Shown one piece after another: positions 33,817 to 46,800 of a stretch of DNA of 64,000 nucleotides (positions are counted from its first letter, which is position 1; each line of letters begins with the position of its first letter). The translations under genes and the position numbers were made by a program. Source of the DNA: Takakia lepidozioides (lineage: Eukaryota > Plantae > Bryophyta); the NCBI GenBank assembly GCA_030704615.1, contig CM060733.1:8060001-8124000 (forward strand), given 5' to 3'. Under the pieces are notes generated by a model. The model did not search any database and had not been told where the DNA came from. It saw only the letters and a program-made list of their open reading frames with translations.

Positions 33817-35752
33817 ATGGCCGCCGCCATAGCCTGGCTCCCCCCTCGCTGCGCTGCTGCGCAGAGGGGCTGCATCACCATGGCCAGCCGCCCTCTATAC
33901 TACTACTGCCTCGTAATGGCGCTCCTTTCAAGCTACTTCAGGCCCGATTCAGCGCAGTCTGTCGTCATCGAGCTCAAGACTACCTCCGCTCTCTTCTACC
34001 GAGTGTCTCTGCTCGACGCCACTAAGTGCAGCATGATCGCGCCCTCTCACAGTCTTCCCAAATCCAAGGTGCCCTCTCTCTCACCTCAGATTTGCTACCT
34101 CTATGTTGGGTCTTCATCTCCCTCCCCCGGGCTTTGGCCCACTACTCCATCTGCTGCGCAGTATGGGCAGCAGTGCCTCACGACACAGGATATATACGTC
34201 CCTCCGCGCACAGCCATGGATAGCCATGCGACCATGAATGAGCGGGGCAAGACGACTTCTAAGCACGCAGCGCTGGCGCGCTACTGGATATGGGTCTCCT
34301 ACACCAAGCACCAGGTTCACGGGTCTGACTCAAGTCTATTTCCCAACGGTTGTATGCAAGCTCCCGGACCATACATGGTCCCCAAAGCTACTGTAACCAC
34401 TATCAATTCCTTCAGCTGGCAATGGCTTACTCGCCTTCCCGAGACAGATGCTGTTTGTTTAACCCCGAGAGGACTTGCATGTACGACGCCAGTGGCACTT
34501 GCGAATGGTGACGAGGTATCTGCAAGGATCAGCGAAATTAAGAAGGATTCTCTCACTGGCACGGGCATACAATGTTCACATCCAAGCCACACGGGTCAAG
34601 GCAGCAGTCGTTGGCTCCCTCCCGAAGACTGGGATCCCATGGCCTCTTTTTCAGTCTCAAGATGGCAGGCTCGAACCCATGGTGTCTGCTTCGAGGGTCT
34701 TGGCGCTGGACTCTGGGTCTTTGGGGGCCCCTCCCCCTTTGGCATCAGCTAAGATGCGATTTTACTATCATCAGGGAGCATTCTCCTCCCCCCCCCTTAA
34801 TTTACATTTCCCTCCCTTCTTTATCAGGCATAAGCAGAATTGCAACTCCCCCCAATTGCCATCAGTCTCTGACATCCAATTACTGTGCCACAGATGGATC
34901 ATGCACCCTGGCCATCACCCCCATGGCCACCGAATCTGCCCCACTATACTTCTTACACAAGCTGCCACTCAAAACAGTTGCCCACAACAGGCTGCACCAA
35001 CAAAGACACCATCCGTGGCCATTCAATTTGACCCTACAGATGCAACCCCAGGCATTGCAGCCCAGGTATCACTCAGTTCTCACAAAGGTAACCTCCGTGC
35101 CCTGCCTAATCTCTATCTGCACACACCTATGCCTTCTGTTTTAGGAGATCCCTTCCTTGCTCAAATTATGTACTATGCCACTGCATGCTAACTGACCACC
35201 CTGACCATCTAGAGCCCACATATGCTCGAGGAACCCACCCACCATCACTGTACTGTATATGCCCCCCGCAATCCTACACCAACATAGCTTACATCGGCCC
35301 TAAGATACATGGCAATATGAGCTGTACTCTCTATCAAATACACCATATATGTTCTTTGTCCAATGCCCCCGCAGTGCAGGCAGACGCTTTCACCACCACA
35401 TGCCAATCTAACCTGCCTCGTCTGTGTACAGGCTTCCTCCCAAAAGCGAGCTTCCAAGAGCTGCATTCAACACCACAGCAAGCTGTCATGCCCAACTGGA
35501 ACCCTCAATTACTCTCTGTTTCAAAGACATGGCAATCTATTCAATCACATATTTTCAAATGTCCCTCTGTGCGGTCTCTTGATTCTCCCGACATCTCTGC
35601 ACTTGCTTCAGCACCACACCGTCATGGTGCTACATGAGTTGGTTCGTGAGAGACACGCACAATCAACTCAACGCGGCATTGTGGGAGCCAGAGCAGACCT
35701 GCTTACTGCAGCCGCTCAACATCAACGTCATCTCTTGAGAGACGTTCCGTAA
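33817..35752 (+). other. Possible unrecognised multi-exon gene or pseudogene
   Basis: GC-rich start, overlapping long ORFs (313 aa, 238 aa) and plausible splice sites (e.g. CAG|GTATC at ~35065, TTCAG| at ~35611). No domain recognised. Confidence 0.25.
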
Positions 35753-36003
35753 ATAATACGCTTTTAGGTCACAAAAGAAAACGACTAAAAGTATCTGCAG
35801 GGTGGTAAAGGTACATGTAAAATAGAAATTTCTTATAATATCTCTAGGGACGCACACAAGTTTAGACAGCATGCACTGCATATATAAAAAGGGGCTCAGA
35901 ACCGAGTATTCTTCTTCACTTGCTGCCGAGCTTTGCTGTTTCACGTCTTTATTCTTCACGTTGGGAGTGGAAGGGAGAGATTGTGCAGCTACGCACAGCG
36001 GCC

Positions 36004-37228
36004 ATGGACCCCTCTGTGTGGGGAAGATTGTCGGGAGACATGGTGGATGCTGTTATTACTTTCTTGCCAGTTTTCAGTTTACTTCGATTTCACGTTGTTT
36101 GCAAACATTGGTGTTCTTTGATCGATTCTCCTTCATTCCGCAAGACCTCTGCAGAGATCGAAGGAGCATCTCCTCTTATGCAATCATTTGTAGGTTTTCT
36201 TAAGCATGATTATACTAACGGAGATCATTCTGACGGAGGAGCAAGACGTGGAATTAATGCACAATTATGGACGTACGATCTTGTAGCCCAGCGGTGGCAG
36301 GCAGGTACTAGGAGCCACCTCAAGAGTGGGTTTTCGCAACAGGGTTTTGGAGCAGGAGGCCTTTCATGTGATTCCCCATGATAATAAGGTTGGGATGGAC
36401 ATTGAGGTATTCAACCCACTGACAGGTAGCTCTAGAATACTGCCTCATACGCTCAATCGTTGGCATATGATCCCAGTGATAGTGAAGGTGTTCATGGATG
36501 AGAGAACAAAGACGTACAAGATTATTATTGCGGGCAATCGTGAGTACTGGGGTGAAGACTAGAGATACCAGATCACAGAGATCTACGATGCAGCATTGGG
36601 TTCGTGGAAACACGGTGGACGCTTCCTGCCTTGTTATCCATGTTATCACCGGTACAGCCTTTGGAACACAATTGGTGTTGAGCACAAAGGGGTTTTGTAC
36701 TTTGTTGTTCGGACGAAGTGTAGACTATTCCCGAGACTATTCCCGAGATTCCGGCTGATTGCGTACAACATTGAACAAGATGTATGGAGCGAGATGCCAC
36801 ACATCCTTCCCACAGGAGCCTGCGAACGCGAGGAGTTTGCACTTGTTGAGTGTGAAGAACGGTTATTAGTCGCAGGAGCAGTTTGTGGGGATCAGTCCAA
36901 CATCTCAGATTTCAACATCTTGGAGCTGAACACGTCAAGCAAAGAGTGGGTCCCTCTATTCAAAGTTCCACTTCCAATCGATTGGTATGAGTGGGATCAG
37001 AATCTAATTTACAGAGTGGTGTGGGGTAACCAATAGGTTATAAAAAGCATCCGACGCTGGCATGATGTTGCTGAAGGCGTATTGGTGTACGACATGCTTC
37101 AAAACACACTGCGATGTTGTAAATCATTTGAAAATTCGTTTCCTCCTGTTGCAGTAGAGTTTTTATTTCGGCCGCCTTGTTGCGGACACAAGAGTTGTAG
37201 AATTCTGCAAAGCATGGCGTATAGCTGA
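36004..37228 (+). pseudogene. F-box (kelch/FBA-type) pseudogene, intronless
   Basis: MDPSVWGRLSGDMVDAVITFLPVFSLLRFHVVCKHWCSLI F-box; VFNPLTG; TEIYD..GSW. Frameshift near 36360; in-frame TAG at 36560-36562 and 37034-37036 with homology-like sequence continuing past both. Confidence 0.85.
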
Positions 37229-37470
37229 CCAGTTTACATTCTCTTTGAGTTTGCAATCCTTGTAATTTTCCCTTTTTGATTTAAGTTGAGGGATTATGTT
37301 TTTGTTTAATTTTAAAGCAGGGCTCCTTGTTTAAGTTAGAAAATTACCCCTGTTACTTATAAATAAATAAATAAATAAAACAATTGTCAAAAACATGATG
37401 AATTGTGAATATTGAGCTGGGTATTTGATCCTGCAGACTCCTCGCCACCCTTCCTGAGTTGCGTATATAC

Positions 37471-38156
37471 CAGTGTTGTGCAGGTTGTGCATTTTTAAGG
37501 AACCCACCAGATCTGGCTTCGGTTTCCTTTTGGAACCGAGTCCGGGTCCGGATTCGGGTTTTTGAAATTTGGAAAATCCGGGTCCAGGTTCGGGTTTTGG
37601 GTTTCTCAACAAGGACTCGGGTCCGGGACCGGGTAGTTGTTGGAAAATATTAGTGGGTTCACGGGTTCGGATTTGGGGTCTAACAGATTTATTAGATAAA
37701 TTTAAAAAATAGATTAATTATGAATAAAAATATTTTTTACTGGAAAAAAAATATGGTGTCATTGGATCCGAAGGGCACAACTTTGTGACACCAATCCGTG
37801 GATTGAACCCACAACCACTTTTGAGGTGGTATGTGGCCATTACCACTACCACTCTGCTACAACTTGGTGGGGGCTGACATGCTGCTGCCACAGACATTGC
37901 AAAACCTACCGCATCTTAAAGTGGACTCTGCATGCCCCACTGATTAAAACCCGGACCCTGACCCGCCAAACTGGCCCGAGGGGTTAACGGGTTTACGGGT
38001 TCTGGACCTTGCAGGCGGGTCCGGATCCAGACCGGGGTTCATTTTAGAAAAGAACCCGGGTCAGGGTTCGGGTTTTTGCTGATGGCCCGGGTCCGGGTTA
38101 CCCGTATCCTAACCCGTGGGGTATCCTGGGTCAAAACCCGGACCCGTGTAACACTG
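37471..38156. mobile_element. Non-autonomous hAT element (MITE), 686 bp
   Basis: 8-bp TSD GTATATAC at 37463-37470 and 38157-38164; termini CAGTGTT...AACACTG; many subterminal CGGGT/ACCCG motifs at both ends. Confidence 0.92.
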
Positions 38157-38564
38157 GTATATACCATACCGAGCAGTTCTCAAACAACAAATAAGCGGGG
38201 AATTGGGAGAATAGCTTAGAAATTATATGCCCCGCACCATTGCAGCTCAATCAAGACAAGTACATGATTGTTTACTTTTTGCTTTTACTCAAAAAGCTCT
38301 ATAAATAGCGCTACTTGGAGAGTCTGTGACTATCTGTGTAAGCTCTAGGTTGCAGATTCATCGACTGGAGAGCTTCCTCTTACTTCTCAGAGGCCCTGCT
38401 CGTACTTACCAGAAGACTTGGGCTTGCAAGGCTCCATCAATTCCAGGCCATAATCATCTGTACTTGTCATCCATAAACAGATCACTTTGTCAGGATGAAA
38501 AAGTAGGGAATATCATCCGTGGCAGCGGTTTACCTCCACCTAGGTAATTCATCATTCCTCACCA

Positions 38565-38860
38565 GCTCACCGGGTATGGATAACAAAGAGTCAATGAAAG
38601 AGGAATGAAGAATTATTGTCCTGGTAGTTTTTCAACCGGTATGGATGAAAAACAGGATGTTGTTGGCAACCCTCATAGAGAAAATTTTTCATTCCTTGGT
38701 GACTCATCCAGTATGGATGAGAGTCAATAACAGAGGAATGAAAAAACCACAAAACCATCCTAAAGGTAATTCAGTGGCTCATCCGGTATGGATGTAAAAC
38801 CGATAAAGGATGGATGAGCCTCTATCAAAACTTCATCCGGTATGGGTGAAAAAACAGGAA
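38565..38860. repeat. Five spaced copies of the palindromic motif CATCCGGTATGGATG
   Basis: Copies start at ~38566, 38631, 38703, 38779, 38832; the spacers are partly similar to each other. Confidence 0.8.
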
Positions 38861-39329
38861 ATCAACACAGATAACAAACTGCCGGTTCCCAGTAGAGAGG
38901 GAGCCAAAGGGAGAGGGGGCATCAAAGGAAAAAAATAAATAAATGGGGGGGGAGTGACTGAGCAGCTACAGGCAACTGCTAAGTCACTCCCCCTACCCCC
39001 ACCCACCTTTTTGATGTCTTCCTCTCACTCCCTCTCTCTGTCCCTGTCTCTCCCTCTCTCCCTCTCCCTCTCTCTCTCTCCTCTCTTGTGTGCTGCTCAT
39101 TAAAAAAAAAAAACCACAGAGGGAGAGAGGGGGTAGAAATAATTAAAAAGAGAGAGGGAAGATATTCATGTCATGTCAAGACATGGACAAGACCAACTAG
39201 GGTCATTGTCAGTTAAAGACATAAACAGCCCATGACAGGGCACCATCTAACAATTCCAGTCTTGTCATAGCATACCAAGTGACGACACCCATTCAGTCAT
39301 GATAAAACAGGGTGATATTCATGTTCAGA

Positions 39330-39960
39330 TTCCTGTCATGTACCCAAGTGACCCTCTTGCACAATATAAGTCAGATTGCAGCCTCAGATTATATCATCCA
39401 TAGTTATCCATAAGATATGCATCATGCAAGATGTCATGGGCATATAAGAACTACTTCCACATTACAGATCCAAGATATGTATACACAGGTACCTTGAAGT
39501 GCTCCAAGGCAAGCACCATGCAAGGCTCCAAGGGTAGGTAAGAATAGCCTGCCCTACAACAGATTCAGGGAATGTACACACAAGCACCTTGAAGGACCAG
39601 CCTGCAATTAATTACATTTCAGGCATGCAACCAAGTAAACTTCTTGGGCATGACCAAACCATATTGCAGCTTCACATTTGGCCAATTGTAAGTACCCCAA
39701 GACATGCATCGTGCAAGGCCTCTTGGGTAGGTAAGAACAGCCTGCCATTGTACAGATTCAAGACCTGTGTACATAGGAATCTTAATGGACCAGCCTGCAG
39801 TTAATCAGACTCCAAACATGCAACCAAGTGACCCACTTTGGGCATGACAAGACGGACTGCAACTTCATTCTACACCATGTACAGTTGCCCCAAGATATGC
39901 ATCATGTAAGGCATTTTGGCATGGAAGAAAAGCCTGTCATGTTACAGCACCAAGATATGG
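39330..39960. repeat. Diverged tandem repeat, period ~190 bp
   Basis: GCAAGG...GGGTAGGTAAGAA.AGCCTGCC...GGACCAGCCTGCA...CATGCAACCAAGT...TTGGGCATGAC at ~39520 and ~39713; CCAAGATATG repeated. Confidence 0.7.
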
Positions 39961-40884
39961 ACACACATACATTTTGAGTGCCCGAGACCAAGCCCACTTG
40001 GCCAAAATAAATCATACAATGCAGGTGGCTGGTCTTATGGCAAAATGAGGCAAAAAATCACTGGCAAAGGTCCATTAGAGCTTACCACCACTGTTTTCCA
40101 GGAGGCTAATGCCATGTTTTGCAAATAGAACCTCACTATGCTCCACCACATCAAATCCAGGCCTGAAAGAGGCTTGTCATTTCCTAATACCATCTTTAAA
40201 TCCTCTTCTTTAGAACCTGACAGCCACTGATGCCTTTACCCTCAAACCATCATTCCTCTTTTAAGGCCAAAACTGTACCTAGTTTAAAAATCCACAGGCA
40301 ATGCTGTCAAAGATTCAAGACAAGGTAAGGTCCAGATGTTGTGCTTCAAGAGACAGGCCTGCAAGGCCGAAATGCTCCATCAACGGCAGCAAAACATAAG
40401 TCAAAAGTAAGCATCAACATGCCAAACCAGGAGCAAGCAGGCCGAAATCGGGGCTGCAAACAGCAGCCAAGTCATGACGCCATACAGAATAAGTTCCTTT
40501 TGCTCACATCCTTATCTGCAAGCTCAAAAGAATTCAAAACAAGTGGGGATCCTCACCTGGTCCCATCACAAGCCCCCACAAAGACCAACAGGTTAGTGAG
40601 GATTGTGGAACCCCAGGTGAATCACAGACTCCTACACTTGTCATCGATATCAACTAAGAACCTCAAAAGCAAGAGAGAAAGATATAAAGTAAAAGGAACC
40701 CTAATCACTAAAAGCACCTTGAGCGATTGGGGAAGATAACTGTGCGCCATCGCCACCAGCAAGCCACCTCCAGCACAGCTAAGGAGAAGTGAAGCATACA
40801 AGCATCCTTGCTAGGTTTAAGAAGGGAGAGAGAGATACTTCCCAACACAATCACTACAACAGATTCCGGCTTTAACGTCTGACA

Positions 40885-43849
40885 CATTTGCCCAGTATGC
40901 TGTTCTGAACTCAGTGCGGGATGCTTCTATGAGTGCCATCTCCTCTTCATAGGCCCTGTCCAAATGAGAATTGCAAATTAGGATTACAGCTTATACCATT
41001 GGCAGAAATGAAACACACAGGATATGATAAGCAACATACTTACTCAAGGAATGGTTTCATGCAATCTGTGTTGTGCAAAATATACTCGTGTGCACTGTCT
41101 CGTTCTTGAATGGTGAGGACTCGTACAGTTCCCAATCCTTCAACCACCTCCCCACTAACTGAGTCTTCTTCATTGGAGTCCCACACCCTTCGGCTTGTAG
41201 CATGAAATTCAGCCATATACTCAGTTAGAAACCCTAGGGCCTCATCCAAAGCATACCCTTCCGCCATGCTCCCTTCAGGTCGGCTCATATTCCTTACATA
41301 GCCTTTTAATGTCTTCATATACCGTTCCATAGGATACATCCAACGGCTAGACACGGGACCACACACCTCCAATTCGTCCACAAGGTGTACAAGCAAGTGA
41401 GTCATGATATCAAAAAATGACAGAGGGAATTCTTTCTCCAGCAGACACATAGTGATTGTAACATCTTCTTTTAAGGCCGGTACCTCAGCTGGATTAATGA
41501 TCTTTGCACACACTTTTTGGAAGACTCGAGAAAGCCTCATAATTGCCATCCGTGGACCCTTTCCCAATACCCCTCGAATGCAAAGAGGTAAAATCTGCTG
41601 CATCATTACATGGTAGTCATGGGTTTTCATTGTAGACAGTTTATTGTCAGCCACATGTTTCTGGAATGTGGCAGCATAACCTGTGGGGGCCTTTACTGCA
41701 GCCAATGTTTCCAAAAACAACACCTTCTCATCTTCAGTAAGAACATATGGGGCCAAAGGCTTGACCAACTTGTTCGGGTGAGAGGGATGGGGTCTCAACC
41801 ACAAGTGTTCACGAATGACATTGAGTTCCAAATCCTTCCTAGATGTGGCTGTGTCCTTCTCCCCAAGAATGGTTCTCAGCACATTCTCACACAAATTTTT
41901 TCACAATGCATCACATCCAATGTGTATCGGATGAGTAAGTCTTTCCAGTATGGCAATTGGTTCAAAACAGTGACCCGTTTCATGCCATGTTCCTTTGAAG
42001 GGTCCAGTTTTCCCCCCTCAGCCCCTCCCATTGCGAGATACAACTCTCTGGTTGTAGCCCGGTCAAATTGCTCACTTGCAGTGACCACCATAGGAGCTGC
42101 TCTATGTTCCACATGTCCATTAAAGTGGGACGAGTTATTCCTATAGGGATGAATAGCAGGCAAGTATCTCCTATGACCAAGATACAAAACTTTTTTGCAT
42201 GCCTTGGAGTACCTGGAATCAACATTAGGGCCGCAAGCTGGGCAGGCCTTGTATCCCCCGTGTGCGCATCCTGCTAGCAACCCATAAGCTGGAAAGTCGT
42301 GGATTGACCACATCAAGATGGCCCTCATGCAAATGATTGTTGCCCCACTAGGCTACTTCCATCCAATGCCTCCACACCAACTTCCCACAACAATTTCAGC
42401 TCATCCACAAGGGGCTGCAGATAAACATCTGCATTGTCATTTCCCACAGATTGTGGTCCAGGAATCAATAAAGCCAACATCGTGAAAAATGGCTTAGTAC
42501 ACAGCCATGGTGGAAGATTATAGTTTACCAACATGACAGGCCAAGTTGACCATTTGTTTGATTTATCACTGTAAGGATTGACACCATCCCATGCGAGACC
42601 CAATCGCAGATTTCTGGGGTCCGCTGCAAACTCAGGCCATTTTTGGTCAATGTGGGCCCAAGCCTTGCTGTCTGCTGGGTGCCTAACCAAGCCATCCAAA
42701 CTTTGATTCTTAAAGTGCCATGACAATAACTTTGAGATGGATTTGGCTTTATACATTCGAAGCAGCCTTGGAATGATAGGGAAATGTCGAAGGACCTTAC
42801 GAGGTACTGGTGTCTTCGTACCCACCACATAACGACATGCCTGACATTTTGGACAAACCTCCAAATTTTGAAGCTCCCTTCTGAACAACACACAACCTTT
42901 CGGACATGCATGTATACTCTCGTAATGAAGCCCGAGTTCCATTATGAGTTGTTTTGCCTCATAGTGGGACTTTGGCAGGCAATTGTCTGCTGGCAACAGT
43001 TGTCTTCCTAACAATGTAAGGAGTTCATTGACAAAGGTGTTTGACACACCATGGGTTTGATAAGCATTTAACAGCAGTAAGGTAGCAGACAATCGAGAGG
43101 AAGAACTCCCTACATACAAAGCCCTGGATGCCTCCTGCTCAAAACGTAAGGCACTCGCTGCACCACGATCACCATCGCTCTTCAGTCCACCATCAGTCTG
43201 CTCTGGCACTCCATTGTGTCCCATTGGCCCTGTGTTCCATCTCCCAGTTCCTCATGTGCATCACCAGTTTGCACCCCATTATCTGTAGTTGCGAATGTCT
43301 CCTGGAGCATTCTAAGCATGTCAAGATTACGATCCAAGGTATCAGGACCACCTGCAGGGCTGGTTTCCGTTCTAAACCCCTCATGTTCGTCTCCAGAGTT
43401 TTCCTGCTTATAAGCATATCAGTCCACATGTCAATCCACAATAAGATGGGGAGTTTAGGGTTGGAAATGGTGGATGTGGAACGTGCCATAATACAGGCAC
43501 GTGGCAATAGGAAAACGGGCATGTACAATACTCTACACCTTACAACAATCCCGCTACCAGGAATTTGAGCTGTTTCTTATAATTTCAAAGTATGCATCAG
43601 GGTTAAGGGAAGAGAATCCACAGATATGCACCGGGAGTTTTGCAAGTTAGGATCTCGCAAGTTCAAAAGCAGATGACGCTTAGCCCGGCCAATGGTTTGC
43701 CAGTTCCCACCATGACAGGCATTGCATGGACATAGAATTTTCCGAAGACCCAGTCTTCTTGCTCGCGCTTCCTCTAGTTTCCACAATCTGTCATCGTCAT
43801 GTTCTGCTTGTGTCCGCCTTTGCAATCGATGGGCAGTAGGAGGGATCAT
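40885..43849 (-). pseudogene. CACTA TnpD (Tnp2/Transposase_21 + DUF4218-like) transposase pseudogene, 3'-truncated
   Basis: N-terminal CPCNAC..H transposase-associated exon; IHACPKGC; HPADSKAW; RNLRLGLAWDGVNP; STWPV; DVYLQPLVDEL; WSIHDFPAYG; LDVMHCEKN; KTHDYH; FDIMTHLLVHL; RWMYPMERYM; PEGSMAEGY. Frameshifts near 43225, 42327 and 41897. Confidence 0.93.
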
Positions 43850-43878
43850 CTTGGCGACTGAGTGAGACTCGTCAGGAA

Positions 43879-46800
43879 ATGGAGACAGACATAGAGTGTC
43901 CAGAAGTTACACCAGGGCGCAAGCCTACAGCGAGGGAGGTAGAACGAGCAAAGCGTCAAGCGGAGAACAAGGCATTCTTCGCACGACTGAAGATCTACGA
44001 CATTGCAAAGAGGTCCGAACTTGCGTTTTTTCATATGCCCTACCTAGCCCTAGCCATGAAACCGCATTAAAAGCTCCAAACCTGCAGAGAGGATATGTTA
44101 GGGTTTTGCTGCTGCTGACATTGTCTTTCTTCTTCTTCTTTGCAGCGTCGAAGCGAGATTGAGTCGCCCTAAACGCCTCGTTGAGGAAATCCTCAAACAC
44201 ACAGGTCCTCCTCGCCGAAGTCACAGAGTTCAACTCCTGCACTCTGCAATGTCACAACGGGAGAAAGATGTAGAGCAAGAGGAGGAAGCGCAGGTGGTAG
44301 CGGAGTCAGACACAGAGGAGGCACGAGAGCAAGAATTGCAGCGAGACCAAGATTATGCCGCACATGAAGACTTGAATGAGACCAGCTCGGAGTCAGAGAT
44401 GGAACGATGAAAGAAGCCCCAACAAAGAGAAAGCGCGCAAAGCACCCTGCAAACTCCCCAACCCATCAGCAGGTTTGCGATCTGCACCAAAGTTCCGAGT
44501 TTCAAACACTATATAACTTGTCCCAGTATAATTTAGGGTTCTGAGACCTAACAAGCTGATTGATATCTTTACGGAGCTGGTAGTACCTCGCCCACAATTC
44601 TCTGTTGGTTTCCAAATTGCAGCACTCTTTATAGAGGGCTCGTTCTCAGCTATCTTGAGTTTAATCTCATTGGTCCACCAATTAACAGCTCTAGCACAGA
44701 CAATTAGTTTCATCCCAATGATCTTGTCAACCACGGAGGAAACGAAACTCTCCCAAGAGTCCCCTGCTCTTTCGACTTCATTTCTTGCGTTATCAGAGCG
44801 AGACTGAAGTTCTTGGAGCGATTGCATCGAGAGGGAGAGCCTCTTGCAAGGCCTGGACATACTCAACCTTGACCTCCTCATTATGAAGTTTTTCTATGCG
44901 CCACTTCCGAATCGAATGTTTCACATATCTCTTGGTGTTGGGAAAACACCTTTTGATCTCATTCCAATCCAGGAACTGGTCAGAGGTAGCAATATCAGTT
45001 CTGTCGATCAACACATTCGCACACTGGGGGAACAAATTTTTGTCCATTATGATATAATCCACAATGGAGCGTTCCCCAGTTTGGGATTTCTCACGAGTCC
45101 ACTGCACTTGGTCACCTCTTGTCCTGATATTCAAGGTGAAAAGCTGAAGATCTTCTAGACAGTTAATTAACTGTCTGCCATTAGAATGAGGGGCTCACTC
45201 CATTAGTAGGACTTACCGTGTTATAAACATTAGTTCAGGCTTTCCAGATTCCTTTTAGAAAGCCCTTCACACGTTCATCAGTTTTGTTGTATGTGGGCTA
45301 CCAAGCAATGAGACCCCAACAGGGCCCACCGCTTTAGACTCAGCCTTGAGATATTGATAGTTGGTGAACAGAGGTGCAGGGACTATGTTCTTGATGGTCC
45401 TGAAGAGGGTCGCTCTCTGATGAGAATACCCCAGACTTGTATCACAAAATGGACATTGTCTTCAGGCCACCCACACCAGTGAGCATCGACAATCTCCCTT
45501 TCCTCTCTGCATCTGTTTATTGTTCAAAGGTAGACTCCCCATCCGGAGGTTAAATTTTCAGTCTAGTGCCAAGGGTAGGTCTGCCCTTCAGATCATCCTC
45601 AAAGTCCTCACCCATGTCACAAACTGGAAACGAGTTCAGGGAAGTTTATGCCTAACATTGTTTTGTTCGGACATTCTTCATGCTTTTGACATGGCCTTAG
45701 ACACTTCAGCCTCCACGTCAGATTCATCTAGCAGGGTGAGTTCTTCCTTCCTAATATTCAGGTATTTATCATAGGGTCGCTGGTATGAGGCATGCGATTC
45801 AGCTGACTGTACCATAGGTCTGACTGACAGGGTCTTCTTGCATAGGCCTTTGGGCTTGGCTTACCCACGTGGTTTGCCATCCCTAGTAGTATGGTCGTAT
45901 TGTTTCACATGTTTCTGTTGAGCAATGTGTGCAGAGTTCAGTAAAAAAAAGGAAGGGAATTGCAGGGAAGGATGCGAACGAGCATAAGTCTCTTACTCCA
46001 GCAAAGTGTGCACCAACTATTGCACCAACTGCTGTGATGAGTGGCGCGGTTGTTCCCCCTTACGAAAAACCAGCCCCGCCCACTCCACAGACTGACGTTC
46101 CAGCTCCCTTGTATCCACCAGTATCGGCTCCTCCCTCGTATCCGCTTATGTACCCACATTATCCTGCCATGTCAGGGTATAATCTGCATGGGCACATGCC
46201 GTATCCTCACTATCAACCTCCAAACAATGATTCTCAGTGCCAGAATTACAATTCTTTTGCTCCACCTGTAGGCGCTCCAATGCATGATCCTAATCAAGGT
46301 GGGTATTCCATTTACCACCATTATGGAATGCATCCCCATAGTATGTATCCTCCTCGGCCTATGTACAACCAACCTACTTCCTCCCTCTATCCTACCAGCC
46401 CTGCAAGACTACACCAGGGGCAGGTCCAGTATGGTGGCCACCAACCTTCAGGATCCAACTACAGTGGAGTACAACTGCCGGCACCTTCGAGCTTCACTGC
46501 ACCGCGCCACCTCTTTATCCAACATCTCCAGGTACACCTAATACCCTGAAAGGGAAAGGCATTCTGAAATAGACCGAGGATGCATTTGCTCCGCATCATC
46601 TTGTGGGGTGGGAGACAGCAGTCCAGCCCCAACAGAGTGAAGGTGGTAACATGCATGGTACTGCTGAAACCTTGCAGGATTCCAGCCTTAGTCCTGGGGG
46701 GACATCAGGTGTGACTCCTATAGAACGCAAAAATGCTTTAAGGAGGGAAAGAAGGGCACTTGCAAAAGATCTGAGAGACCAGGCTGCTCAGAATGTGGTT

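Noticed and set aside
36560-37036. Stop-codon readthrough or U-to-C editing restoring the F-box ORF
   Set aside because: The gene also has a frameshift, and reverse editing is organellar; a pseudogene is the simpler explanation.
38565-38860. CRISPR-like array of palindromic repeats
   Set aside because: Repeats are only ~15 bp and degenerate, spacing is irregular, spacers resemble each other, the context is eukaryotic and there are no cas genes.
41876-42330. Programmed frameshifting in TnpD
   Set aside because: Several independent frameshifts plus 3' truncation indicate decay; CACTA TnpD is not known to be frameshift-expressed.
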